This document shows positions 1-8,653 of a DNA stretch of 59,667 nucleotides, in pieces. The position numbers and the translations under genes are program-made. The DNA is taken from the NCBI GenBank assembly GCA_036447475.1, contig JAZFUZ010000221.1, positions 1-59,667 on the forward strand, read 5' to 3'. Positions within the stretch are counted from its first letter, which is position 1. Each line of letters opens with the position of its first letter. The notes below the pieces were generated by a model. That model was not told where the DNA came from. It saw only the letters and a program-made list of their open reading frames with translations, and did no database searches. Source of the DNA: Lysobacterales bacterium. GTDB taxonomy: Bacteria > Pseudomonadota > Gammaproteobacteria > Xanthomonadales > SZUA-36.

Positions 1-161
1 CCCTTCGGGCGGGCCGTGAAGCAATCGTCCGCTGTGTTGCGCTTCTTGGCAAGGACGCGCCATTACCGGCAAAGCACGCCTTGCGGTCAACTGCTTCACG
101 ACCCGCTGAACCCTACAATATACGTGTGACAGTACACTAGCTCCGTCAAGGTAATATTGCC

Positions 162-2342
162 ATGTTTCCCAAAGCCCTCATCAAGGGCTATGACAAAAAA
201 CGCTTAAGGAACCTGCTAGTGGTCATTTTCCTGGCCCTCGCCATTCCAACTGCGGTCCTCATCTGGCATGGATACAGCCAGCTCAAGTGGGAAGCCTTTC
301 ATCAACACCGTGGACTTGCCGAGGAACTGAACAGCCGCATCGACGCCCGCTTGATCAATCTGATCAATACCGCGGACGCCAGATCGTTCGCAGATTACAC
401 ATTCTTGGTTCTCACCGGTGACCCGAGCGTTAATTTCCTGCAGCGCTCACCACTGGCCGCGTTTCCCGTGATCGAAGAACTGCCCGGCGTGCTTGGCTAT
501 TTCCAGGTCGACACCCACGGCACATTCAGCAGCCCGCTGCTGCCGCCAGCAGGCAGCAACCCCGAAAAACTCGGTATCAGTGCCGACGAATACATCAGCC
601 GCCTGCAACTCACACAGGAGATCCAGGCTGTCCTGGCCGACAACCACCTGGTACGGTCTCGCCCTGAGTTTGGTCTCCGCCGCGGTCTGGTGGATGCCTC
701 GGAACTGGCGAGCCTTTCAACAGCCGCGGTCAAAAAAGGAACCATCGGCGGCTTTATGGATGAATCGCAAAACGACAAAGATGTTATCGATAATCTCGAC
801 GCGATGCCGTTGGAGCTGGCCGCTGCCAGCAACGAAACATACAGCCAGCAGGTCTTCGATCAGCTGAATCTACCGAGGGTGGACATGCAATTAAGTTCAG
901 GCAACGCTGGCACACTCGACTCCGATGACGCTGTTGGCGAGCGAGCGAAAATGCAACAGCGCCTCAATGTGATCGGTAAAGTGGCCGACCTGAAGCTCGA
1001 TGCCTCGTTGCAGAAGAAAAGCGAAGAACTCGAACGCAAAGCGGTCGGATTGCGACGAAGTTACGACGATCGCAACAATGCCCCGGCCCGTGGCAAGCGC
1101 AAGGAAACGAGCGTCCTGCCAGCCACGATTTCGCCGGCCGGCAGAGAGTCGACTGCAAATGTCGCACAGCCGGCCGATCTGCACATCAGCACTTTTGAAA
1201 GCGAGATCGATCCCCTGGAGTTCAGTTTGCTCGACAGCGGCCACTTCGTCCTTTACCGGAAAGTTTGGCGCGATGGCGAACGCTTCATCCAGGGTTTGTT
1301 GATCGATCAGCAAGCCTTCATCGACCAGGTGATCGATACACCATTCATGGAAACAACGCTTTCCGCCATGTCCGATCTGATCATCGCCCACCAGGATGAT
1401 GTCATTCAAACCATCAGCGGGCGTGGCGCCTACAAATATGCCAATGGCAGCCAGGCGCTGGACGGCGCTTTGCTCTACCGCAACCGTTTGTCCGCACCAT
1501 TGGAAAGCCTGGAACTCATCTTCAGCATCAAGCGCTTACCCCCGGGGCCGGGCGCCAGCGTGCTTGGCTGGACGACCATCATTATCGCAATCGTGTTCCT
1601 GGGTTGCTTCATTTTCCTGTATCGATTGGGCGTGAGCCAGATCAACGTGGCCAGACAACAGCAGGACTTTGTCGCGGCAGTGAGTCATGAACTCAAGACC
1701 CCGCTCACCTCCATCCGCATGTATGGCGAGATGCTCAAAGAGGGCTGGGCCGACGACGAAAAACAACAGACCTATTACGAATATATTCACCTTGAGTCGG
1801 AGCGGCTGACCCGGCTGATCTCCAACGTTTTGCAGCTCGCCAAAATTACGCGCAACGAACCGTCGGTCGATTTGCGGCCAACCAAGGTCGGTGAGCTCAT
1901 CAACAACATCGAGTCAAAAATTGCTAACCAGGTAGCAGGTGCTGGCTTCGAGCTGAAATTCAACCGCAACGACGAGACAGATCGAACCTTGATCAGAATT
2001 GACCAAGACTGCTTTGCCCAGATCATCATCAACCTGGTCGACAATGCCATCAAGTTCTCAGAAAATGCAGACCACAAGGCGATCGAGATCACCAGCAAGT
2101 TCACCGGTGACAAGAAGGTCTTGTTCGCGGTAAGAGACTTCGGTCCGGGCGTGGCCAAAGACCAGATGAAAAAAATCTTTCAGCTTTTCTATCGTTCCGA
2201 ATCAGAACTCACCCGGGAAACCGTGGGCACAGGCATTGGCCTGGCCATTGTCCACCAGTTGACGGTGGCGATGAATGGCAAGGTGGACATCATCAACCGG
2301 GAGCCGGGTGCAGAGTTCAGGCTAACGTTTTCAATAGAGTAA
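162..2342 (+). CDS. Sensor histidine kinase (large extracytoplasmic sensing region, HisKA + HATPase_c)
   Basis: 726-aa ORF. N-terminal TM 'LLVVIFLALAIPTAVLIW' and second TM 'WTTIIIAIVFLGCFIFLY'. H-box 'AAVSHELKTPLTSIRMY', N-box 'IINLVDNAIKFS', G-boxes 'VRDFGPGV' and 'GTGIGLAIVHQL'. No response-regulator gene follows it in the window. Confidence 0.85.
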   Translation: MFPKALIKGYDKKRLRNLLVVIFLALAIPTAVLIWHGYSQLKWEAFHQHRGLAEELNSRIDARLINLINTADARSFADYTFLVLTGDPSVNFLQRSPLAAFPVIEELPGVLGYFQVDTHGTFSSPLLPPAGSNPEKLGISADEYISRLQLTQEIQAVLADNHLVRSRPEFGLRRGLVDASELASLSTAAVKKGTIGGFMDESQNDKDVIDNLDAMPLELAAASNETYSQQVFDQLNLPRVDMQLSSGNAGTLDSDDAVGERAKMQQRLNVIGKVADLKLDASLQKKSEELERKAVGLRRSYDDRNNAPARGKRKETSVLPATISPAGRESTANVAQPADLHISTFESEIDPLEFSLLDSGHFVLYRKVWRDGERFIQGLLIDQQAFIDQVIDTPFMETTLSAMSDLIIAHQDDVIQTISGRGAYKYANGSQALDGALLYRNRLSAPLESLELIFSIKRLPPGPGASVLGWTTIIIAIVFLGCFIFLYRLGVSQINVARQQQDFVAAVSHELKTPLTSIRMYGEMLKEGWADDEKQQTYYEYIHLESERLTRLISNVLQLAKITRNEPSVDLRPTKVGELINNIESKIANQVAGAGFELKFNRNDETDRTLIRIDQDCFAQIIINLVDNAIKFSENADHKAIEITSKFTGDKKVLFAVRDFGPGVAKDQMKKIFQLFYRSESELTRETVGTGIGLAIVHQLTVAMNGKVDIINREPGAEFRLTFSIE

Positions 2343-2404
2343 GCTTGTACATATACCATACAAGCCAGTACTGTCTGTTCACCTTGGCAAAGCCAAAAAA
2401 ACAT

Positions 2405-2452
2405 ATTGACTAGTCACTAGTTTGTTCTTAAAATGACTAAATACTAGTCAAT
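2405..2452. promoter_or_regulatory. Putative antitoxin operator: 10-bp perfect inverted repeat plus three ACTAGT palindromes overlapping the promoter
   Basis: ATTGACTAGT (2405-2414) is the exact reverse complement of ACTAGTCAAT (2443-2452). ACTAGT occurs at 2409, 2416 and 2443. The repeats overlap the -35 box and bracket the -10 box. Confidence 0.4.
2406..2434 (+). promoter_or_regulatory. Sigma70-type promoter for the antitoxin/toxin operon (TTGACT-17 nt-TAAAAT)
   Basis: TTGACT at 2406-2411, exactly 17 nt of spacer, TAAAAT at 2429-2434. It lies about 35 nt upstream of the GTG start at 2470, which has a GGGAG RBS at 2458-2462. Confidence 0.5.
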
Positions 2453-2469
2453 TCATAGGGAGTTTTATC

Positions 2470-2712
2470 GTGACAAGTGTAGCTCTCACATATGCCAAAG
2501 CCCATTTCTCCGAGTTGGCAGCCAGGGCTGCCCAGGGAGAGGAGATTATAGTGACACGACATGATTTGCCGCTGGTAAAACTGGTGTCGGCAAGTCGCCC
2601 TTCGCAAGCTGAACTGCGTGAGTTACTGGTTGAAATGGACAGTATTAGAAAAGGCACTCGTTTGGGTAATGACTTGTCCATAGCAGATTTGCGCGCAAAA
2701 GGGCGCCGTTAG
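2470..2712 (+). CDS. Type II antitoxin, Phd/YefM-like (partner of the PIN toxin)
   Basis: 80-aa ORF with a GTG start. The N-terminus 'LTYAKAHFSELAARAAQGEEIIVTRH' is typical of Phd/YefM-type antitoxins. Its stop overlaps the start of the next gene by 1 nt (TAGTG). Confidence 0.8.
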   Translation: MTSVALTYAKAHFSELAARAAQGEEIIVTRHDLPLVKLVSASRPSQAELRELLVEMDSIRKGTRLGNDLSIADLRAKGRR

Positions 2713-3128
2713 TGAATCGCTTTGTGCTGGATTGCTCAGTGACAATCGCGTGGTTTTTTGAGGATGAGTTTAGCGATTATAGTGAGATTGTTCGCCAGCA
2801 GCTGTTAAAAAAAGGAACCGTTGCGGTAACACCGGGTATTTGGCCTGCAGAAGTCGCAAATGTTTTGTTTCAGGCCGAGCGCAGAAAACGCATAACAGCG
2901 GAAAAGACCAATCAAGCGTTAAGAGTATTGGCGCAACTGCCCGTAGATACGGACTATTTGCCTCTGGGCAGCATGGGTCACGTGCTGCGCCTGTGCAGAA
3001 CGTATAGGCTGACATCCTACGACGCACTTTATTTGGAGCTGGCTTTGCGTGAGAATATGCCCTTGGCCACAGAAGATAAAAAGCTTAAGGTATCGGCCGT
3101 GGCTGCGGGAGTAGAATTGTTTGCTTGA
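2712..3128 (+). CDS. vapC: PIN-domain ribonuclease toxin (VapC family)
   Basis: 138-aa ORF. It has the 'FVLDCSV' N-terminal acidic motif and 'LTSYDALYLELA' with the conserved Asp, as expected for a PIN domain. It is translationally coupled to the antitoxin. The local sequence is visibly more AT-rich than its flanks. Confidence 0.8.
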   Translation: MNRFVLDCSVTIAWFFEDEFSDYSEIVRQQLLKKGTVAVTPGIWPAEVANVLFQAERRKRITAEKTNQALRVLAQLPVDTDYLPLGSMGHVLRLCRTYRLTSYDALYLELALRENMPLATEDKKLKVSAVAAGVELFA

Positions 3129-3413
3129 CCAGGGCCTTGGCCCTGGTAACAGTCCCCGGTCGTTTCAGTGGTATCCAGACCAGTGCCCACTGTTTTCAGT
3201 TTTTTGTATTGCTTGTTATCAGAGCATAGGTGCTGGCAATTCAGGGGTTCTGTCGCATTGCCGATATACTACCTGTTTGATAGTATCCGACACCAAGAAC
3301 TTCTAACGGTCAGTCATTTCTGCATAGCCTGGAAACCAGAGCGAGTGCTAACCAGCCCTGGCCTGCATATTACGCCCGCTGGCCCTGGCTTTTTTATCCA
3401 AGGACTAAACTGA

Positions 3414-5147
3414 ATGAAACCCTATTTTGAGAACATGGAGCGTTTCGGAAAGACGCTCAAACAAGGGCGCATCAAGCGTGCGGCCGCAAGCTCTGAACAA
3501 CTCAAACAAACCGAAAAAAACATAGGGCAACTAAAGAAAAATGTCGAGGCAGCCGGCTTCTCAACGGAAAAGATAAACCAGCGTGGTGTTATGACCGTGT
3601 GGCAGCGGATCGACTACCTGGTTGACCCCGGCACCTGGCATCCCTTGCACAGCATGTATAACCCTCTCGATAACGTTGAGGGCACCACCAATGTGGTGGA
3701 TGGTTTGGCCAAAATCGAGGGTCGCTGGGCTGTACTTATTGGCTTTGATAACAAAGTGATGGCCGGCGCCTGGCTACCCGGACAATCGGAAAATATCTTG
3801 CGGGTTACCGATTTGGCAAAACGTCTGAACATCCCTCTGGTGTGGCTGGTTAACTGCAGTGGCGCCAAGTTACCGGAGCAAGAAAAATTTTACGCCAATC
3901 GGCGTGGCGCAGGCACACCTTTCTATCGCCATGCAGAACTGCAGCAGGCAGGCATTCCAATACTCGCAGGCATTTATGGCACCAACCCCGCCGGCGGCGG
4001 TTACCAGAGCATCAGTCCAACCATACTGATCGCCCACAAAGATGCCAATATTGCCGTCGGTGGGGTGGGGATCGTTTCCGGCATGGCCCCAAGAGGCGGC
4101 TTTGACGTAGAGATGTTGGAGGAACTCATCGAAAAAACCCGTGAATTCAGCGCCAGCCCACCGGGAACCGTAGCTACACATTTTGACGTCACCGGGTTTT
4201 TCACTCGAGTTTACGAGGAAGAAACCGGTGTTTTGGATGGGCTCAAGGAATACATGAAGGCTATTCCCGCCTATAAACCGGAATTTTTCCGGGTAGCCAC
4301 TCCTAAGGCGCCGGAGTTTCCGATTGAAGACCTTTATTCATTACTGCCGGCCAATCAGAAAGAAGTCTATAGCTTTGATGAAGTGTTGGCTCGTCTGGTC
4401 GATGGCAGCGAACATATGGAATACCGCCCCGATTATGGCCCCGAAATGTATACCGGCCTGTGTAAGATTGACGGCATGCTGGTTGCTTGCATTGGTAATC
4501 GCCAGGGTTTTCTGGGTAAGGGCTATCCTGAATATGCCGACTACCCGGGTATCGGCGGTAAACTCTATCGCCAGGGCCTGATTAAATTGAATGAGTTCGT
4601 GACCCTGTGCGGCAGGGATCGAATACCAATTATCTGGTTTCAGGATACCTCCGGCATCGATGTGGGTGAACTTGCGGAAAAAGCAGAATTACTCGGGCTG
4701 GGACAGGCGCTGATCTATTCAATCCAGCAGACCGATGTACCCATGATGCTGGTGGTGTTACGCAAAGGCAGTGCGGCGGCGCATTATATTCTCGGTGGTC
4801 CAACCGCGAATCGACACAACGCCTTCACCCTGGGCACGCCGGCCACTGAAATTGCGGTAATGCACGGCGAAACCGCGGCTGTTGCAACCTATTCGCGGCG
4901 TGCGCTAAAAGAAAAAGATGCCGGGCGACCGCTGCAACCCATTGTGGATAAAATGAATGCGCTTGCACAGCACTACCATGAACACTCACAGCCGGATTAT
5001 TGTGCGCAATATGGCCTGGTGGACGAAATAGTAAAACTGCAAGACCTGCGCAGCTATCTGCAGGCATTTGCAGGGGCTGCCTACCAGAACCCAACATCCG
5101 TATGTCCCCGTCACCAACTGCTCTTACCCCGCAGCATCAAGGGATAA
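3414..5147 (+). CDS. gcdA: Glutaconyl-CoA decarboxylase alpha subunit (carboxyltransferase)
   Basis: 577 aa. It aligns collinearly with remembered Acidaminococcus GcdA: 'GIYGTNPAGGGYQSISPT', 'GIGGKLYRQGLIKLNEFVTLCGRDRIPIIWFQDTSGIDVG', 'EKAELLGLGQALIYSIQ', 'ATEIAVMHGETAA', and a C-terminal 'AYQNPTSVCPRHQLLLPR'. AAGGA RBS lies 10 nt upstream. Confidence 0.85.
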   Translation: MKPYFENMERFGKTLKQGRIKRAAASSEQLKQTEKNIGQLKKNVEAAGFSTEKINQRGVMTVWQRIDYLVDPGTWHPLHSMYNPLDNVEGTTNVVDGLAKIEGRWAVLIGFDNKVMAGAWLPGQSENILRVTDLAKRLNIPLVWLVNCSGAKLPEQEKFYANRRGAGTPFYRHAELQQAGIPILAGIYGTNPAGGGYQSISPTILIAHKDANIAVGGVGIVSGMAPRGGFDVEMLEELIEKTREFSASPPGTVATHFDVTGFFTRVYEEETGVLDGLKEYMKAIPAYKPEFFRVATPKAPEFPIEDLYSLLPANQKEVYSFDEVLARLVDGSEHMEYRPDYGPEMYTGLCKIDGMLVACIGNRQGFLGKGYPEYADYPGIGGKLYRQGLIKLNEFVTLCGRDRIPIIWFQDTSGIDVGELAEKAELLGLGQALIYSIQQTDVPMMLVVLRKGSAAAHYILGGPTANRHNAFTLGTPATEIAVMHGETAAVATYSRRALKEKDAGRPLQPIVDKMNALAQHYHEHSQPDYCAQYGLVDEIVKLQDLRSYLQAFAGAAYQNPTSVCPRHQLLLPRSIKG

Positions 5148-5167
5148 GTAAGCTCACGAGGCACCAC

Positions 5168-5293
5168 ATGCAGGCAGCGTTTGAAATATTTATTAATGGC
5201 ATCTCCGGCGTTTTTATCGGCCTGACGGTGCTGTATGTCGCCATTAAAATCAATACATTACTGGCCGGCCGGGAACCGGACAAAAAGGAATGA
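5168..5293 (+). CDS. Small single-TM subunit, OadG/GcdD-like (decarboxylase anchor subunit)
   Basis: 41-aa ORF below the ORF-track cutoff: 'MQAAFEIFINGISGVFIGLTVLYVAIKINTLLAGREPDKKE'. It has one hydrophobic helix and a GAGG RBS about 7 nt upstream. It sits between the alpha and beta genes, where OadG/GcdD-type genes occur. Confidence 0.5.
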   Translation: MQAAFEIFINGISGVFIGLTVLYVAIKINTLLAGREPDKKE

Positions 5294-5296
5294 AGC

Positions 5297-6400
5297 ATGG
5301 TATTTTTTGACAGCATGGGTTTGCTGGCGCTCACCCCGGGCATGGTGTTCATGTGGATCATCGGCTTTGCACTGATCTACCTGGCGATTACCCGGCAATA
5401 CGAGCCTCTGCTGCTGTTGCCCATAGGCTTTGGCATCATTATTACCAACCTGCCGCTCACTTACCTGATGGAACCGGGCGAAGGTCTCATCTGGAAGTTT
5501 TATCATTATGGCATTGAGTGGGAAATTATCCCTCCGCTGATTTTTCTGGGACTGGGTGCGCTGACGGATTTTAGTGCCTTATTGGCACAACCCAGGTTGA
5601 TTTTCCTGGGGGCGGCAGCGCAGGTGGGTGTCTACGTGACTTTTTTCATCGCTTATGCCATGGGTTTCAGCCTGGAAGAGGCTGCAACCATTGGCATTAT
5701 CGGTGGCGCAGACGGACCGACAACCATTTATCTTGCAAGCAAGCTTGCACCACACCTGCTGGGTGCCTGCGCGGTGGCGGCCTATTCTTATATGGCGCTC
5801 GTGCCAATAATCATGCCCCCCATCATGAAGCTGCTGACCACTGATGCAGAACGCAAAATAAGGATGAAAAAAGGCCGCAAGGTTACCGCCAGGGAGAAAG
5901 TGTTATTCCCGCTGATCGCCGCCATGGTGATCATCCTGTTGGTGCCGGCTTCGGCACCACTGATCGCCATGTTCATGCTGGGCAACCTGTTCCGCGAATC
6001 CAAAGTCGTGGAACGCTTGAATGAAACCGCGCAAAACTCATTGATGAATATCGTCACCATTTTTCTCGGCATTAGTATCGGGGCAACCATGAATGCAGAT
6101 GTCTTCCTGCGCAAGGAAGTAATTTTCATCTTCTTTTTGGGCTTGTTTGCATTCATGATCAGTACCGCAAGCGGTATACTACTGGCCAAGTTCATGAATT
6201 TATTCACCAGCAATAAAATCAATCCCCTGATCGGCGCAGCGGGCGTATCCGCCGTGCCCATGGCAGCGCGCGTGGTACAGAAAGTAGGGGCTGCTGCGGA
6301 CAAAAGAAATTATCTGCTGATGTTTGCTATGGGGCCCAACATCGCCGGCGTTATCGGCACCGTGATTGCGGCCGGCATATTCATATCAATCTTGAAATAG
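5297..6400 (+). CDS. gcdB: Na+-translocating decarboxylase beta subunit (OadB/GcdB/MmdB family)
   Basis: 367-aa polytopic membrane protein with the family motifs 'IGIIGGADGPTTIY' and 'GAAGVSAVPMAARV'. It starts 4 nt after the small-subunit gene. Confidence 0.85.
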   Translation: MVFFDSMGLLALTPGMVFMWIIGFALIYLAITRQYEPLLLLPIGFGIIITNLPLTYLMEPGEGLIWKFYHYGIEWEIIPPLIFLGLGALTDFSALLAQPRLIFLGAAAQVGVYVTFFIAYAMGFSLEEAATIGIIGGADGPTTIYLASKLAPHLLGACAVAAYSYMALVPIIMPPIMKLLTTDAERKIRMKKGRKVTAREKVLFPLIAAMVIILLVPASAPLIAMFMLGNLFRESKVVERLNETAQNSLMNIVTIFLGISIGATMNADVFLRKEVIFIFFLGLFAFMISTASGILLAKFMNLFTSNKINPLIGAAGVSAVPMAARVVQKVGAAADKRNYLLMFAMGPNIAGVIGTVIAAGIFISILK

Positions 6401-6410
6401 GATTAATACT

Positions 6411-6632
6411 ATGGCTACAGAAGTTCTGGTTCCATTGGCGGGAAACATTTGGGTTGTACTGGTCAATGTGGGTGACGAGGTCGAAGAAGATGACGAATTA
6501 CTGGTGATTGAAGCACTTAAAATGGAAAACCCGGTCTACGCGCCTTGCGACGGTACCGTGTCGGAAATAAGAGTTAAAAAAGGTGATGTAGTCGAGGACG
6601 ATGATGTGCTTATGATCATCGAGGAATCCTGA
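6411..6632 (+). CDS. gcdC: Biotin carboxyl-carrier subunit (minimal biotinyl domain only)
   Basis: 73 aa. The biotinylation motif 'IEALKMENPVYAP' resembles 'EAMKMETEI' of the 1.3S transcarboxylase subunit. There is no Ala/Pro linker. Confidence 0.8.
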   Translation: MATEVLVPLAGNIWVVLVNVGDEVEEDDELLVIEALKMENPVYAPCDGTVSEIRVKKGDVVEDDDVLMIIEES

Positions 6633-6667
6633 GAGATTGCCTGAAAAATAATAATTGAGGAACTTCC

Positions 6668-7825
6668 ATGAATTTTGAGTTAACAGAACAACAACAGCTG
6701 GTGCAGGATACGGCCAGGCGTTTTGCACTCGAGGAAATTGCGCCCACGCTGGATGAAGAGGAAAAGAACCACGAATTCCGCCAGGAACGGGTAGCGCTGA
6801 TGGGGGAACTGGGCTTTCTTTCATGCGTGTTGCCGGAAGACCTGGGTGGCAACGGCATGGGTTTTTTGGAATCCGTTTTAATGGCCGAACAAATCGCCTT
6901 GGTTTCTGCGTCCTGGCGCCTGCCGTTTAATATGCAAAACCTGGGACCACCATTATCCGTGGCCAGGTGGGGCACAGACGAACAAAAAGAAAAATACATT
7001 CCCGGTTGGATTGACGGCACCAAAATGGGCTTTTTTGCGATGACCGAGCCCAATGCCGGATCGGATGTGGCGAGCATGAAAACCTACGCAATCGATCAGG
7101 GTGACCACTGGGAACTGCATGGCAGCAAGCTCTGGATTACCAATGCGCAGGTGGGTGATGCCGGCCTGCTTTACGCTTACACGGATCGGGGAAAAGGTAA
7201 TAAGGGCATCTCCTGCTTCATCCTGGAGCCCAAAAATCTCGATGGGTGTACTGCCACGGCTATAGAGACCAAGCTTGGCCTGCATTGCTCACCCACCGGC
7301 GAGTTTGTATTTGAAGGCGCCAGGATTCCAAAAGATGCGCTGCTCGGCGAAATCAATAGCGGCTTCAAAATGTGTATGTGGCAATTGGGAAATACCCGCA
7401 TAGGTTGTGCTGCCGGCGCACTGGGTGTAGCGGGTGGAGCACTGGAACTGGCGATTAATTATGCCAATGAACGCACCCAGTTTGGCAAACCCATCTCAAA
7501 ACATCAGATGATACAGGCCCAGATTGCCGAAATGGTGGTGGAACACCAAGCGGCACAGATGCTGGTGTACCGTGCGGCCTGGCTGAAGGACCAGGACAAA
7601 CCCAATCAGTGTGAAACATCGGTGGGGAAACTTGCTGCATCAGAAGCAGCGGTCCATGCTGCCAATGAGTGCATGAAAATCTTCGGTTCCTATGGTTTCT
7701 CAACCGAGTACCCAGCCGAGCGATTTTACCGAGATGCCAAATCACTGCAGATCGTCGAAGGTGCGTCCAACATTCAGAAGATGATCATTGCAGGTATTGC
7801 CTGTGGGTTTACTAAAAACCGTTAA
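6668..7825 (+). CDS. Acyl-CoA dehydrogenase (candidate glutaryl-CoA dehydrogenase by context)
   Basis: 385 aa with 'GFFAMTEPNAGSDVASM' and 'IFGSYGFSTEYPAERFYRDAKSLQIVEGASNIQ', both ACAD hallmarks. It lies 36 nt downstream of gcdC. Confidence 0.85.
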   Translation: MNFELTEQQQLVQDTARRFALEEIAPTLDEEEKNHEFRQERVALMGELGFLSCVLPEDLGGNGMGFLESVLMAEQIALVSASWRLPFNMQNLGPPLSVARWGTDEQKEKYIPGWIDGTKMGFFAMTEPNAGSDVASMKTYAIDQGDHWELHGSKLWITNAQVGDAGLLYAYTDRGKGNKGISCFILEPKNLDGCTATAIETKLGLHCSPTGEFVFEGARIPKDALLGEINSGFKMCMWQLGNTRIGCAAGALGVAGGALELAINYANERTQFGKPISKHQMIQAQIAEMVVEHQAAQMLVYRAAWLKDQDKPNQCETSVGKLAASEAAVHAANECMKIFGSYGFSTEYPAERFYRDAKSLQIVEGASNIQKMIIAGIACGFTKNR

Positions 7826-7830
7826 AGGGA

Positions 7831-7905
7831 GGGTCCGGTTCAATTAATCAACCGGAAAATTTATTGTACCTGATTGCGCATTCGTTGATTAATTGAACCG
7901 GACCC
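7831..7905. terminator. Large perfect hairpin (22-bp arms, 31-nt loop) after the acyl-CoA dehydrogenase gene; REP-like or terminator
   Basis: GGGTCCGGTTCAATTAATCAAC (7831-7852) is the exact reverse complement of GTTGATTAATTGAACCGGACCC (7884-7905). It is followed by CTTTT. The terminus GGGTCCGGTTC resembles the GGGGTCAGGTTC hairpins elsewhere in the window. Confidence 0.55.
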
Positions 7906-7916
7906 CTTTTCGCAAA

Positions 7917-8564
7917 ATGCGTGCAAACTTCTGGATCAAGGCCTGGGGTGAAGGCAATATCGGCTTTCACCAGGCCTACAGCCACCCGGCATTGAAGAAA
8001 TACTGGCCCGAGCTGGCAGCCGGCACCTCCGTACTGGTGCCCTTATGCGGCAAATCCCAGGACCTTTTGTGGCTGGAAGAACGCGGTCTCAACGTGACCG
8101 GTATCGAATTCGTGGAGTCGGCCGTACTCGATTTCTTCCGCGAGAACAAGCTGGCCTGGGAGGAAACCGTGCAGTACGGGCACCAATGCTACCGTGCCTG
8201 TGGGCGGAACATTCGTATATTTGTTGCTGATTTCATCTGCTTCGCCGATGACTACAGCGGCCAGCCACTGGACACTCTGTATGATCGGGCAGCACTGGTG
8301 GCCTTGCCTGAAGACATGCGTGCTGACTACGTCGCGGCCTGCGAAAAGCTGTTGACCACCTCGCCTCGGGGTTTGCTGGTGACGCTGGAGTATGACCCCA
8401 TAGTGATGGAAGGACCCCCGTTCAGCGTAACGGTGGCGGAAGTCGGCCGCTTGTGGAAAGGGCGTCTGACCTTGGTTGAACAGGTAGATATGCTGTCCTC
8501 GATGCCGCGCGCCATCGCGTCGGGGGTGCAAAGCCTGGATGAGTATCTCTGGGTTTTCCGCTAG
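7917..8564 (+). CDS. tpm: Thiopurine S-methyltransferase family (SAM-dependent thiol/selenide/tellurite methylation)
   Basis: 'FWIKAWGEGNIGFHQ', 'VLVPLCGKSQDLLWLEERG' and 'YDRAALVALP' match the TPMT family. I chose ATG 7917, because the TTG 7893 extension lies inside the hairpin arm. Confidence 0.8.
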   Translation: MRANFWIKAWGEGNIGFHQAYSHPALKKYWPELAAGTSVLVPLCGKSQDLLWLEERGLNVTGIEFVESAVLDFFRENKLAWEETVQYGHQCYRACGRNIRIFVADFICFADDYSGQPLDTLYDRAALVALPEDMRADYVAACEKLLTTSPRGLLVTLEYDPIVMEGPPFSVTVAEVGRLWKGRLTLVEQVDMLSSMPRAIASGVQSLDEYLWVFR

Positions 8565-8653
8565 ACAAGCCGTCCGGCGCCATCATCCATGATACTGGTG
8601 CAATATACGGGTTAGTCCAGGTTCAAGCTCACCTCATGCGGCCCGCTCGACAT

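Noticed and set aside
3121-3413. 61-aa and 81-aa ORFs, and a CCAGGGCC-TT-GGCCCTGG hairpin (3129-3146), downstream of vapC
   Set aside because: The ORFs have no RBS, motif or typical composition. The hairpin lacks a T-tract and has a minimal loop, so I do not call it a terminator with any confidence.
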